DNA of 64,000 nucleotides from Octopus vulgaris. Taxonomy: Eukaryota. The number at the start of each line of letters is the position of its first letter. The stretch's first letter is position 1. The stretch lies in contig OX597815.1 in NCBI GenBank assembly GCA_951406725.2, positions 17,360,001-17,424,000 on the forward strand, read 5' to 3'. The position numbers and the translations under genes are program-made. This document shows positions 1 to 13,888 of the stretch, in pieces. The notes under the pieces were generated by a model. It saw nothing but the letters and a program-made list of their open reading frames with translations, was not told the DNA's origin and did not search any database.

Positions 1-1037
1 ATACCGAAGCTCATTACTTCTCTATAATTACAACCAACCAAAATGCTAGCACTACTTTTCTAATGCGCTTATATCACCTCTGTGAATATTCCTCGAATGT
101 TATCCATTGTAAATAGAGCAAAGAACAGTGTTTGGATGCCGTAGAAAACATTCCCTAACATCTTGGAAAATACTAATACTCGCAGAATGAAAGCCTATTT
201 TACAATTGTATATTGTTTTATTTGCGCTGAAGAATTCACAAACGATTGTCGAGAACCGGCCGCGAAGCAACGAAGGAGTTTTTGAGCAGCTACACTCGTT
301 TTGCTACAAATAGCAGCCATGTATCTTCGAAATCCTTATAAAAAATAAGAAAGAATATGTTGAACAAAGTAGTCTACCAATAAATAAGATGTTACGACTT
401 TGAGAAAAAGTCATCTGCTCTATTGTCGCTGACCTTGTTTTAAGAGGAATTTCAACTGTGTTTCATGGTCTGCTACCACAACAGCTCCTTTATAGGATCC
501 AGTTAACTCAAGACATCATCAGGAGGAACCACGTCCACTTTCGGTCCCTACTCTTCTACCGTTTTGACGTGGTGAAGCCCCGGCTTTCGGAGGTGTCTTC
601 AGCTCTGGTGTTGGGTGCATGTCTTCTTTCTTGTTCTTCTTTCTTCTATTCCTTGGCCTCGTCGATGTAGCGTCAATGAGTGTCAGCGGGCGACTGACTG
701 CCTTGTCAATTTAAAAAAGACAACAACAATGTATTCGAGATCTATGCTGGAGACGCAATGATCACAGACTAACTGGATTGCTAAACTAGTGACTTGGAAC
801 AATTAGAAGAGGTCAGCGTGGTAAAACTCTGGGTTATTGAAGTTGAAAGTAAAATATGCAGAAAGGTGGACTTCCAGCTGAAAATGTAATTTTGGAGGTA
901 AAGCCCTTGGAAATATGTTTAGTAATGGAGTGTATGCATTTAAAATAGAATCAAGTTAAAATATATGCAATGGCGAAGCCTTTACACTGTCCCCTGACTT
1001 GCTAGAAATAGCTTCTAAATTCACTCATATTATACCT

Positions 1038-1267
1038 ATTTATTTACTACTCACAAGGGGCTAAACACAGAAGGGACAAACAAGAACAGACAAACGGATT
1101 AAGTCGATAACATCGATCCCAGTACGTAACTAGTACTTAATTTATCGACCCTGAAAGGATGAAAGGCAAAGTCGACCTCGGAGGAATTTGAACTCAGAAC
1201 GCAGCAGCAGACGAAATACCGCTAAGCATTTCGCCCGGCATGCTATCGTTTCTGCCAGCTCGCCGCC
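1038..1267 (-). mobile_element. SINE family A (tRNA-like head, Meta-domain-like core, CCCCTTGTGGGTAGTAAAGAAATA tail)
   Basis: Reverse complement of GGCGGCGAGCTGGCAGAAAC...GAGTTCAAATTCC (B box)...GCCTTTCATCCTTTC(G)GGGTCGATAAA; 17-bp TSD TCACTCATATTATACCT at 1021-1037 and 1268-1284. Confidence 0.93.
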
Positions 1268-1906
1268 TCACTCATATTATACCTTAAGAAAAGATATACT
1301 AGGGAATGCAACCGAAACAGATTGGCTCGATTAAGGAGCGGCTATATGGTTTCTTGATCTGCTAGATACAGCAAATAAACCCTCTTCAAGTCACAAACTT
1401 GGATCTTTGAAGAAAAATAAAAGCGACACACAGGAGACAATGTAGTCTTCCTTAACCACCAGCAGACGAGATGAATTGTAAAGTGATCAGGATCGGTGAG
1501 AAGTGTGTTCCTTTTGAAACCATTCCGCTTCACTTGGATTGCTAAATGTTTACATAATTCATTCGTAGTAACGACTTTGGTCTAATGAAAAGAAATTAAG
1601 TTGGAACAGCAGTAACATGTATATAGGAATTAAAGCTGAGATCGTAGAAACCGTCACAATAGTTCTACTCCTGTTGTCTTTTGTCCGTCCTGGAGTTGGA
1701 AGTGCATCTCTAATACATATGATCGAAATATGTTGATTCATATGACATTACTCCTTATGTACTGTCTCTAAAGAAAAGACATTTGACTCCCAAAGGTTGA
1801 TGACATCTAAATAATGTATATAACTGTTATTTGCAGGTGTATTTTAACGTTGGAAGAAGGGGTGAATTGCACCATAAAATAATAGCCCATTATATGTGCC
1901 TCCAAA

Positions 1907-2137
1907 GGCGGCGAGCTGGCAGAAACTTTAGCACGCCGGGCGAAATGCTTAGCCGTATTTCGTCTGTCGTTACGTTCTGAGTTCAAATTATGCCGGGGTC
2001 GACTTTGCCTTTCATCCTTTCGGGGTCGATAAATAAAGCACCAGTTTCCCACCGGGGTCGATGTAATCGACTTAATCCCTTTCTCTGTCCTTGTTTGTCC
2101 CTTCTATGTTTAGCCCCTTGTGGGTAGTAAAGAAATA
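1907..2137 (+). mobile_element. SINE family A monomer
   Basis: Full head, core and tail; TSD TATATGTGC(C/T)TCCAA at 1891-1905 and 2138-2152. Confidence 0.93.
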
Positions 2138-2324
2138 TATATGTGCTTCCAATAATTACATATCTACAACGGCCCGCCCATTCTGTGTTCACCAGACTAC
2201 ACCTAAACCTTTTGTTCCCAACTATAAATGGTTTCACTATCAGAAACATCCCACCGCCTAGGTCTAGTGTAGTTGCTACTTTTTATAAGTAAACAAGTTT
2301 TACAGGAGTGTTATACACTTACAT

Positions 2325-2364
<40 letters not shown>

Positions 2365-3021
2365 CTATATAGACAGAATTTTTTGCATTGTGCATTAAAG
2401 AATTCCAACAGAAATCCGAAGCAGCATAATATCTACAACAGTGAGCAATCATTTCTAAATATAACAAAACTCATCAAATGGAATCTTAATCAATATTATT
2501 ATTGTATTAATACGTCTCGGATTTTCTTCTGAACTTGTGGATTAAAGCAGTTTTTCCTTTAAGCTAAGTTGTGTAATGGTTAATTAGTTAGTCACATTGT
2601 TAAATTAGACAACTCAATTAAATTTATCCAACAGCTGGCATTTTTAGTTCTGCTGTATTTATTTGTTCCATGAAAATATCTCTGGGGTAACAATTCTGAT
2701 TCTTAATTATTTCTAAACGCATTTCATACTGTGACAATAATATCTGAAGAATAATTTACGTCTTGTTCTAAAGGAAAGTTTGTTTTGACTAAACGTCTAT
2801 ACCGAAGTATGTAACTGTATTTTTTCTTATATCCTTACAGCTGGAAATCAAATCATGTTTGAAATTATTAACTTAAAATCACATTTCAGTCTTTCCAATA
2901 AACTAAAATGTTGAAATAAAACTGATATGAATGAAATGTTCTGTGTCCATATGTAAGAAAGCGGACAAACATGATAGCACCCAGATTCAATAGCTCAAAT
3001 TTCATTATTGGTCTAAATATA

Positions 3022-3239
3022 TTCTCTTTCTCTTTTCTCTTTTACTTGTTTCAGTCATTTGACTGCGGCCATGCTGGAGCACCGCCTTTAATCGAGCAAC
3101 TCGACCCCGGGACTTATTCTTTGTAAGCCCAGTACTTATTCTATCGGTCTCTTTTTTGCCGAACCGCTAAGTGACGGGGACGTAAACACACCAGCATCGG
3201 TTGTCAAGCGATGCTAGGGGGACAAACACAGACACACAA

Positions 3240-3278
<39 letters not shown>

Positions 3279-3441
3279 CGACAGGCTTCTTTCAGTTTCC
3301 GTCTACCAAATCCACTCACAAGGCATTGGTCGGCCCGGGGCTATAGCAGAAGACACTTGCCCAAGATGCCACGCAGTGGGACTGAACCCGGAACCATGTG
3401 GTTGGTTAGCAAGCTACTTACCACACAGCCACTCCTGCGCC
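3022..3441 (-). mobile_element. SINE family B (tRNA-like head, CORE-like TTGGGCAAGTG, internal (TA)n(TG)n, LINE-like tail)
   Basis: Near-identical to copies at 3636, 41551, 52996 and 63284; head GGCGCAGGAGTGGCTGTGTGGTAAG...GGTTCAGTCCC. Confidence 0.92.
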
Positions 3442-3635
3442 TATATATCTAAATAATAATGTAATATCATTAACTAGATCGCCAAACGTTCATTAAAATA
3501 TCAAGACAAAAAAATAAAAAAGTACGAATGTTATTCAAGCATAGACGTGTTTACAAGCATCTCAGTTTTATACATATGAAATATGACCAAGTAGTCGAGT
3601 GGTCTGGATAAATTGATATCATTATTATCAATATA

Positions 3636-4054
3636 GGCGCAGGAGTGGCTGTGTGGTAAGTAGCTTGCTAACCAACCACATGGTTCCGGGTTCAGTCCCA
3701 CTGCGTGGCATCTTGGGCAAGTGTCTTCTGCTATAGCCCCGGGCCGACCAATGCCTTGTGAGTGGATTTGGTAGACGGAAACTGAAAGAAGCCTGTCGTA
3801 TATATGTATATATATATATATGTATGTGTGTTTGTGTGTCTGTGTTTGTCCCCCTAGCATTGTTTGACAACCGATGCTGGTGTGTTTACGTCCCCGTCAC
3901 TTAGCGGTTCGGCAAAAGAGACCGATAGAGTAAGTACTGGGCTTACAAAGAATAAGTCCCGGGGTCGATTTGCTCGACTAAAGGCGGTGCTCCAGCATGG
4001 CCACAGTCAAATGACTGAAACAAGTAAAAGAGTAAAGAGTAAAGAGTAAAGAGT
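3636..4054 (+). mobile_element. SINE family B
   Basis: Full-length copy with (AAAGAGT)n tail; TSD AATATA at 3630-3635 and 4055-4060. Confidence 0.92.
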
Positions 4055-4087
4055 AATATAATCGGTTTGCCCAAACACATTAATGGA

Positions 4088-4477
4088 TGGAAGCACTCCG
4101 TCGGTTACGACGACGAGGGTTCCGGTTGATCCGATCAACAGAACAGCCTGCTCGTGAAATTAACGTGTAAGTGGCTGAGCACTCCACAGACACGTGTAAC
4201 CCTTAACGTAGTTCTCGGGGATATTCAGCGCGACACAGAGAGTGACAAGGCCGGCCCTTTGAAATACAGGTACAGCAGAAACAGGAAGTAAGAGTGAGAG
4301 TGAGAGAAAGTTGTGGTGAAAGAGTACAGCAGGGATCACCACCATCCCCTGCCGGAGCCTCGTGGAGCTTTAGGTGTTTTCGCTCAATAAACACTCACAA
4401 CGCCCGGTCTGGGAATCGAAACCGCGATCCTACGACCGCGAGTCCGCTGCCCTAACCACTGGGCCATTGCGCCTCCA
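4088..4477 (-). mobile_element. SINE family C (tRNA-Arg-like head, RTE-type tail)
   Basis: Head GGAGGCGCAATGGCCCAGTGGTTAGGGCAGCGGACTCGCGGTC...GTTTCGATTCCC; tail CCTCGTCGTCGTAACCGACGGAGTGCTTCCA; matches 31580 and 40239. Confidence 0.92.
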
Positions 4478-5518
4478 CGTTATTCAAGCATAGACGTGTT
4501 TACAAACATCTCAGTTTTATACATATGAAATATGACCAAATAGTCGTGTGGTCTGGATAAATTGATATCATTATCATCAATATAATCGGTTTGCCCAAAC
4601 ACATAAATATAGTGGCTTTCATGATGTCTCTTTAAAATCTAATAGAAATTAACTGAAGCTAATAAAGTGAACAGTCTCGTTGGCTGTAGTCGTGATCCGT
4701 CCTTACTCTGACCACATAATGAAAATTTCAGATCGATATCACTCGTAGTTATCAAAATCGTCCTTGCACCTGAATTATTGTATTGATTAATAGTAAACAA
4801 AAGAAGTTAATAACGTTGTCATCAATGAAACTGTTTTTGGTGAAATCATTAAATCGGTTCAATAATAATGCTAGCATGTATTAATTCTTGTTACATACAT
4901 AGCCGTTTCGCATTATTTTTGTCATGATTTCCCTCGAGAAAGACAAGAATCTTACACAATCTCGTTTTCCTTACTTTAGAAACCTAAAGCTTTCTTCTGC
5001 TAATGTAGGAAACCAATATTAATGATTTTACTCTGGGCTGGTAGTAAAGACTGATTTCTTGCCGCTTGATTTACGTCTATTGTTCTTATTGCTTTTGTAT
5101 TTCTATGTGAGTGACAAACGGTTCCTGTTTGAGTGCAGGTGATTCACACTAAAAAAGCATAAATATCGTAATTGTATCGATCGAATCATATCTGGAACAA
5201 TGTATATCCTTCACTGATTATTAACCTTTTTCAGAGACACAATCAACAGTAATTAAATATCATTTAATGGTAATACATCAGCATTTTACTACTTGCTTCT
5301 GAAGAAATTAATTCAATAATGAGAATATATCATATTAAGCTATATTTAATGACTTTCACTAAAATTCACGCAGCAGTTGGTTTTTCAAAATCAACAAAAT
5401 TTTCGATTGAAATTATTATTCTAGAGAAGCAAAAATCATCAAAGAGGAGAGATAAAAGTTTGAATTTCTGTCTATAAAACAAAGAGGCAAAATAAGAACA
5501 TATATATATAAACTTTAA

Positions 5519-5932
5519 GGCGGCCAGCTGGCAGAAACATTAGCACGCCGATCGAAATGCTTAGCGGTATTTCGTCTGTCTTTACGTTCTGAGTTTAAAT
5601 TCTGCTGAGGTCGACTTTGCCTTTCATCCTTTCGAGGTCGATAAATTAAGTACCAGTTACGCACTGGGGTCGATGTAATCGACTTAATCTGTTTGGCTGT
5701 CCTTGTTTGTCCCTTCTGTGTTCAGCCCATTGTGGGTAGTAAAGAAATAGGTATTTCGTCTGTCGTTACGCTCTGAGTTTAAATTCTGCTGAGGTCGACT
5801 TTGCTTTTCATCCTTTCGAGGTCGATAAATAAAGTAACAGTTTCGCACTGGGGTCGATGTAATCGACTTAATCCGTTTGTCTGTCCTTGTTTGTCCCTTC
5901 TATGTTTAGCCCCTTGTGGGTAGTAAAGAAAT
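5519..5932 (+). mobile_element. SINE family A dimer
   Basis: Full unit followed by a head-truncated unit, joined at AAAGAAATA|GGTATTTCGTC (5749/5750). Confidence 0.92.
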
Positions 5933-7069
5933 ATATATATATATAAACTCAATCTCTCTTTTGGTATATGTATGTAATTTATATCTCACGGAGGAAAAAT
6001 TTCTGCTAAAAATATCATGTAATGCTGACGAAGATCATATGGTTCAGTAAAAACACAAGGGGATCTGTTAAAGGTGAAAAGCACAAGATTAGGTGAATAT
6101 CCTGGGATCAAACTATGTGGACTGGATGTTGAAATTCCCATCTTTCTATATGGGCTTTAGACCATTTCGAAATCTAACGATAATTTTAATTATAATTTTC
6201 ATGTGAAACATTAAACTTGACGCTCTATAAAAACACTGTTAAGTTCATTTTATAAAATATATTTTATTAAATTTTAAGCAACTTCACCTGTATCAACTGA
6301 TGAATTCTAAAAATTATACCGAAAACTTTAACTTTAGCTGACATAAATTCTTACAGGAACAGAAATAGACTTGATAATACTCTGTTGGAAAATTATAGCA
6401 ATGAAGTTCAAAACTATATTTATTGATGCTAATATTTCAAATAAAATCTAATAGTTTTCTTATACAACCAAACGTCAGATTATCCACAATAAAATTATAG
6501 GTTGAACAAATGCAACTTATTTGCATCCACCAAAATGTTGGTCAAGATACCAGTAACATTGTATGATCATATTCAAAGACAATAAAATATCTTTATCTTT
6601 ATTGGAGACATGAAACTCTGAACAATTTTTCCATATGAGAAGTTTTACTTCAAGTAAAAAGTTTATTTCTTTCTCTCCTGTGTTTCCAAGAAAAAAAAAA
6701 TGATTGAATATTTCCAAGACAGTAAATAACTTTCTTGACACTGCTAATTCATACCTAGACAATGTCTCTGTCTGTCTGTGACAATAGTGTTTTTGATAAA
6801 ATTAGATATTTCAGACATCTTGATGAATGCAAATTTTCCCATTTGCAACCCCCGGCACATATTTACCTGCTTCTTCTTAGAGATGTACTTTCTCTGTTGA
6901 CTGTGATCATTGAATGTCGTTCTGCAATTATAACACACACAAATATATGTATATACACTCATGTATACGCATATATACATATGCATATATATATACGTAT
7001 CGATTTATGTATACATATATGCACACACACACACACACACATACACAAGACGATAATTTTTTTTCGAAT

Positions 7070-7298
7070 ATTGGGTAAATTACCTTTGCAAAGCGGAAAA
7101 AATTGCTCAACTAAGAGCCAAGGGACTCAAACTCACATTCCTCAAAGCTTCCGGTTGATTGCTTTACCAATGATCTAAACTACCCACGGACAAATTTATC
7201 CGCAAATTTAGATGCTGTAAAGCTAAATGCACAACTACATGAGTCCGATGGCTGTTTGCCGACAAATTTTTCCGCTTTGTAAGGGTAATTTACCCAAT
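7070..7298. mobile_element. MITE-like element with ~35-bp terminal inverted repeats
   Basis: ATTGGGTAAATTACCTTTGCAAAGCGGAAAAA ... TTTTTCCGCTTTGTAAGGGTAATTTACCCAAT with a non-coding interior. Confidence 0.75.
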
Positions 7299-7400
7299 GT
7301 CTTTGCTGTTCTAACGGCGTTTCTGCGTTCTGAAAATTGTATCATATAATATACATTTTCGACACACAAAAAGAAAATGTTAGTTTGTTCATATATATAT

Positions 7401-7676
7401 GGACCACAGCTCTTTAACATTCTCCCTAAATGCCTGAGAGACTTACATGGTGTGGATGTGGGTTTCTTTAAAACGAAACTGGATCTCATCTTATCGGGAG
7501 TCCCAGATGAACCTACCTCACGACAGGAGACGCAGATGCGGGCAGCAGCGTCGAACTCCCTTGTTGATCAAGTGCCACGTATCAGAGGTGGATTCACATA
7601 TTAGTGTAGCTCATTCAGCGGTGGTGCCCCAGCATGGCCGCGGCCTCCGGGCTAAAACATTTTTAAGGATTTAAGG

Positions 7677-7678
<2 letters not shown>
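7401..7678 (+). mobile_element. 3' end of a CR1/Jockey-group LINE (ORF2 C-terminus and 3' UTR)
   Basis: GPQLFNILPKCLRDL...FKTKLDLILSGVPDEP...RAAASNSLVDQ; UTR GGTGCCCCAGCATGGCCGC; (TTTAAGGA) tail repeats. Confidence 0.8.
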
Positions 7679-7707
<29 letters not shown>

Positions 7708-8147
7708 TTGCATATACATGTATATGCACGCATACATGCATATGCATGTAGACACACATATCCCTCCACACACATGTCTGCAAGACTATTCAAATAATGA
7801 TAATTATATATCAACGTACTTTCTTTTATTACAGTCATTTATATGGTATGTTTTTTCTTGAACCTCTGGCCAACGTATGTTTCTGCTGCATAGATATCTT
7901 GCTATTTGGTATTTATTTGTATCTTGTTGCTTCATCTGAATCCAGATTTCATTCTGGTTAAAAGCGTGTGCAGTTTTATTTAAGGTGTTGAAACTTTATT
8001 TAAAGTTTGAAACGAACTCGAGATTTATCCGTCAAGTAAAATACGTTGGGATACTTTACCTTAAATAATCCCAGGTTATTCCATATTATTCAGTACGGTT
8101 ATCCAGAGCTTGGATTATACTACAGTGCTTGAAGTCTACCTTCCTGG

Positions 8148-8687
<540 letters not shown>

Positions 8688-9928
8688 AATGAACAACTTC
8701 TTTAAAAACGCTTAGCAACAGCAAATTCTAAATCAAATGGTCTGTGCTATTCTATAATTCTTAAATATTTTAATGACCTGCACATTGGGTGGGAGAAAAA
8801 GTTTTCAACTAATACAAACGATTTACCTTATATAGAACACTGGGCCGAGTTCTCATTCAACAAAAACATGCCATGTAAGTACTTTTACGCACTACTTCAG
8901 TTAATTGTTAGCTGCATCTCTCACACTAACCTTGATACAGTAAATGCTTTATACCATCTCGGAAAATAAAAGGATGTTAGACAAAGAATTCGGTTCTCCA
9001 GTGTCACTTCAGTTTAGCCTCAAACAATTCATATAAATATCTATTACAATATCAAACATCAGCAATGGTTATATTATTCTCTTATAGCATGCATTGAAAG
9101 CTTTTCGGCTGATTGATCTAAAGTATTGTATTTAAAGCTATCTATATCGCGATCACGTTCTGTTTTCACTCATTTCCTCTGTTTCTTAGTTGATTCAATG
9201 CACTTAGTAACATAGTATGTTGTTAAGATTATATCCTATTCATTGACTAGTTATGATTTCCCAGACAAGACTACGCTATATTTAAAATCGTTCACCGACT
9301 AGCAAGATAATTTCACCCTATCGAAACATCTGTTTATGTAGTGTACACAGCAAAATAATCGAGCGCAGAATATCTTCATTGAATGATTAGCTGTTACAAA
9401 GATATTTCAACGAAACTCGACCTCTTTAAAAGTATTTATCTTTGATATAAGTACATCTGTAGATTACTGCTAGCGTGGTGGGGGTTGGCGAATTGAAACT
9501 ACTGATTTCATTATCACGTGGCGTTGGCTAGAAATAAAACAAGATGTTTACTATTGATTAAAGGTTAATTAGTATGAAATGACGTCATATTAACGAATAT
9601 CTGAAGTACATGAAACACTCATGAGTGTGTGCCATGTATATTCCCATCCACATCCTATTCCTAACAAAGTAGTTGAGCTTCTGTTAGCACATTCATAATG
9701 CATAGGAGATTACTCACTTGGAAATTAAAATAAATTTTGCAAAGTCGGTTATTTATAGAATATTTTTTAAGATAATTCAAATCGTAGTTTGATGCAACTG
9801 GCATTAAATATAGGTGGTTATAAGCTTATTAAACTAAAGGGATTTAGATAAAGAACCAAGTAGAACTAAATTGCAGTGGCATTTTACGGCGATTTAAACT
9901 GAACTAGGAAAAGCGGAATACATATATA

Positions 9929-10280
9929 CACAGACATGCAGGAAGTAAATAGACACCTTTAATTTTCAAAATTTCTGATCTAAGCGTCTTAATATTTTCA
10001 GCGATGTAGAATTTACAATGTAATTATTCATTTTCCTTCCAGGTGCCATTATATTAAACATTTGCGAAGAGTAATCATGACACGCACAAAAAAATTCAGC
10101 AAAACTCACAGACTTTCAAAGAGGTCGTATTGTAGGGCTGTCTGAGGCTGGTCTTAGCAAGCAAAAAATTGCCGAAAATCTTCGAATTCCTCTTGCTACT
10201 GTTAATAGAATTATAGTGCAATTCAAAAGCTAAGGAAAAGGATGAACAGATTCTCGTCCTGGACGAGCTGGGCCCTCGGA
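9929..10280 (+). mobile_element. Tc1-like transposon 5' remnant (transposase N-terminal HTH)
   Basis: Translation [42 protein letters not shown] with stops; TA followed by TIR-like CACAGACATGCAGGAAGTAAATAGACACC. Confidence 0.75.
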
Positions 10281-10533
10281 ATAGAAGTTTCGCAATCCAA
10301 GTATAGAGTTTGTACACAGTGCTATTGAATCAAGGTTTTTATTTAAAGTGGAATGACCAATTTTAAATACTATTGGATTTTACTCACAAGGTATTGGAAT
10401 CTTATATGTATAACATTCTGCCTAAATAATGGATCTACAAATGCAATATCCCTGCATATCTCACATCTATTTTCATTCCTCCACTTCACTCTCTATTTCG
10501 TATCTTATCTAAATTAACTATTGCTTAATCATT

Positions 10534-10582
10534 TTCTCACGATGAAGAGATACAATAAATATCCTGGAAACAGCTGTAAGAC
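10534..10582 (+). ncRNA. Degenerate PLE-type minimal hammerhead ribozyme
   Basis: aCGATGA-agagata caataaa tatcctg-GAAACAGCTGTA-aga: damaged CUGAUGA box, palindromic stem III ACAGCTGT, GUA site. Confidence 0.55.
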
Positions 10583-10667
10583 TTATTTATAAATGTTCTA
10601 AAATTTTCACAGCCTTGGCTATTTATCTCATTCTGAAAAAATAATTTTTATACAAATGCTAATATAT

Positions 10668-10893
10668 ATTTCTTTACTACCCACAAGGGGCTAAACACAG
10701 AGGGGACAAACAAGGAGAGACAAACGGATTAAGTCGATTACATCGACCCCAGTGCGTAACTGCTACTTAAGTTATCGACCCCGAAAGGATGAAAGGCAAA
10801 GTCGACCTCGGCGGAATTTGAACTCGGAACGTAACGACAGACGAAATACGGTTACGCAGGTCGCCCGGCTAACGTTTCTGCCAGCTCGCCGCC
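10668..10893 (-). mobile_element. SINE family A monomer
   Basis: TSD AAATGCTAATATAT at 10654-10667 and 10895-10908. Confidence 0.92.
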
Positions 10894-10993
10894 TAAATGC
10901 TAATATATGACCTACGTTGGACTCCTTATTTGCATAATCACCGAGCCTTGAGCTTAAATATGGTCTATCCATAGCACTTACTCAGCATTACCT

Positions 10994-11876
10994 AAATGCT
11001 AAATGTTGTAGCGGAGGGAAGGAGACCTAATTGCTATCTATGCGGAGTACGAGGACACATAAGGACCGAGTGTGTCTTATATGAATTCACACAAAGCGAA
11101 GAGGCAGTGGAAAAGGAACAAAAGAAAGAACAAAAGAAAGAACTGATGCAGGTGAAAGTACAAACAGAAGCATAAAAATTAGACAAGGACTGTACTCAGA
11201 AAGATAAAGACAACAAGAAAAGTGAAATGAAAGAATCAAAGGAGGAGAGCGAGGGAGTAATTAGCCCCCAAAGAAGAAAGAGATCGAAGGCAAGGGAACA
11301 CTCAGAAGAAAAAAACAAAAAATATAAGGAGAAATTTGAAACTGAGAAAAGGCAAGAGGAAGAAACAGAAAATGAACCGTATAAATTTAAGAGAGCATTT
11401 ATAACAAACAAAAACAACACCGGACACAGAGAGAAGAATAGCGAAAATGAAGGGACTGGTAAAAGTAAGGGAGACACTTTTGACTCAAATGATGGCGGTA
11501 TTTTGGTATCTGTGGAAAGTTACGACAAATTCATGGAGGGCTTCGCAAAGAACATAAAACTGGTTAAATGGTGTCGGCTACATGAACGCCCGTCTACCAT
11601 AATGGACTATGAGAGACTAAGAAGACAAATTCAATTATAATTTTTGTGAAATTCATTTATGGAAAAAGAAAAAAAATTTTCGAAATGTAACCACTCGATT
11701 TCGGGGGTCGAGTGGGCATTACGACTCCTTTATATCTTTTCATATTTTCATTTGTTTTCTTTAATTTTTTAGTCTTAAATCATTTTTTTTTTGTATTTTA
11801 AGTTCCCCGACTTTATGTTTGTAGTGTTTGTATTGTCCCATTCTGTGTATGGCCCCTTGTGGGTAATAAAAAATCA
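10994..11876 (+). mobile_element. 5'-truncated ORF1-only (gag-like zinc knuckle) non-LTR retroelement, L1/Tx1-like
   Basis: Frame from 11005 reads VVAEGRRPNCYLCGVRGHIRTEC (CX2CX4HX4C); after one internal TAA it continues in frame into the K/E-rich ORF 11227-11640; T-rich UTR ends GGCCCCTTGTGGGTAATAAAAAAT; 18-bp TSD ACTTAC(T/G)CAGCATTACCT at 10976-10993 and 11877-11894. Confidence 0.8.
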
Positions 11877-11937
11877 ACTTACGCAGCATTACCTGACACC
11901 CTTGGGTCTTAATGACACCATTATCTCTCATAACCTC

Positions 11938-12062
11938 TATATCTATACTTATATATATATATATATATATATATATAAGTATATATATATATATATATAT
12001 ATATAAGTATATATATATTTGAATTCTTATTACCTGCTATGGCTGATTTTCATGAATATGTG

Positions 12063-12131
<69 letters not shown>

Positions 12132-12172
12132 TATATGCCTATACTTATATATATATATATATATATATATAA
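11938..12172. repeat. (TA)n microsatellite cluster
   Basis: Directly visible. Confidence 0.95.
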
Positions 12173-12805
12173 TGTATTTAATTTCGTGTATACATGGGCA
12201 TGTGTGTATTATATACTTCTAATCCGTAATTCTTGAATCAGTCATTTATCAAATATTATCTCCTTTAACGTGGTTAAAATAAATATTTTAGTGACATTTC
12301 TGATTTTTGTCATAGAATTTATGTCTTTGATTTTCTGCATGGCTAAGAAGACGGCACTGCATATAAGAATTACCATATCAAATTTTTTTCTGTCTTACTA
12401 CTATCAGTGCCGATACATAGGAAAATCAGAGAGGGTGCCCATATTTTTTTTCCTCTGTAAAACAACCCCCGTCACAAAATGGAGATCTATTTAGTGAATC
12501 AAAGATATTGTGATAAAAATAAAATTGTAAGCGAAAGGAAGGATGTAGAAGTAGACGGGAAAAAAAGTATAATGGAAATAGGCATTGAAGTGGAAATTAT
12601 AATGGAGAAGAAAGAATTAATGTGATGAAATCAGAAACAAGACGCCGTAATGGTTTACCGAAACATTGAAAAATGAGTTAGAAAATATGAATTTGGAGAA
12701 TGAGGTTCATATAGAAATTCACTGAAGTGAAAAAAAAAAATCAGAAAAAAAATTTTTTTAATTAAGAAGAAAATGACCTAAAGTTAAGAAATTATATTTT
12801 TGTGT

Positions 12806-13888
<1,083 letters not shown>

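Noticed and set aside
458-710. GC-richer block, possibly a retroelement ORF1 fragment on the minus strand
   Set aside because: No diagnostic motif, TSD or second copy in the window.
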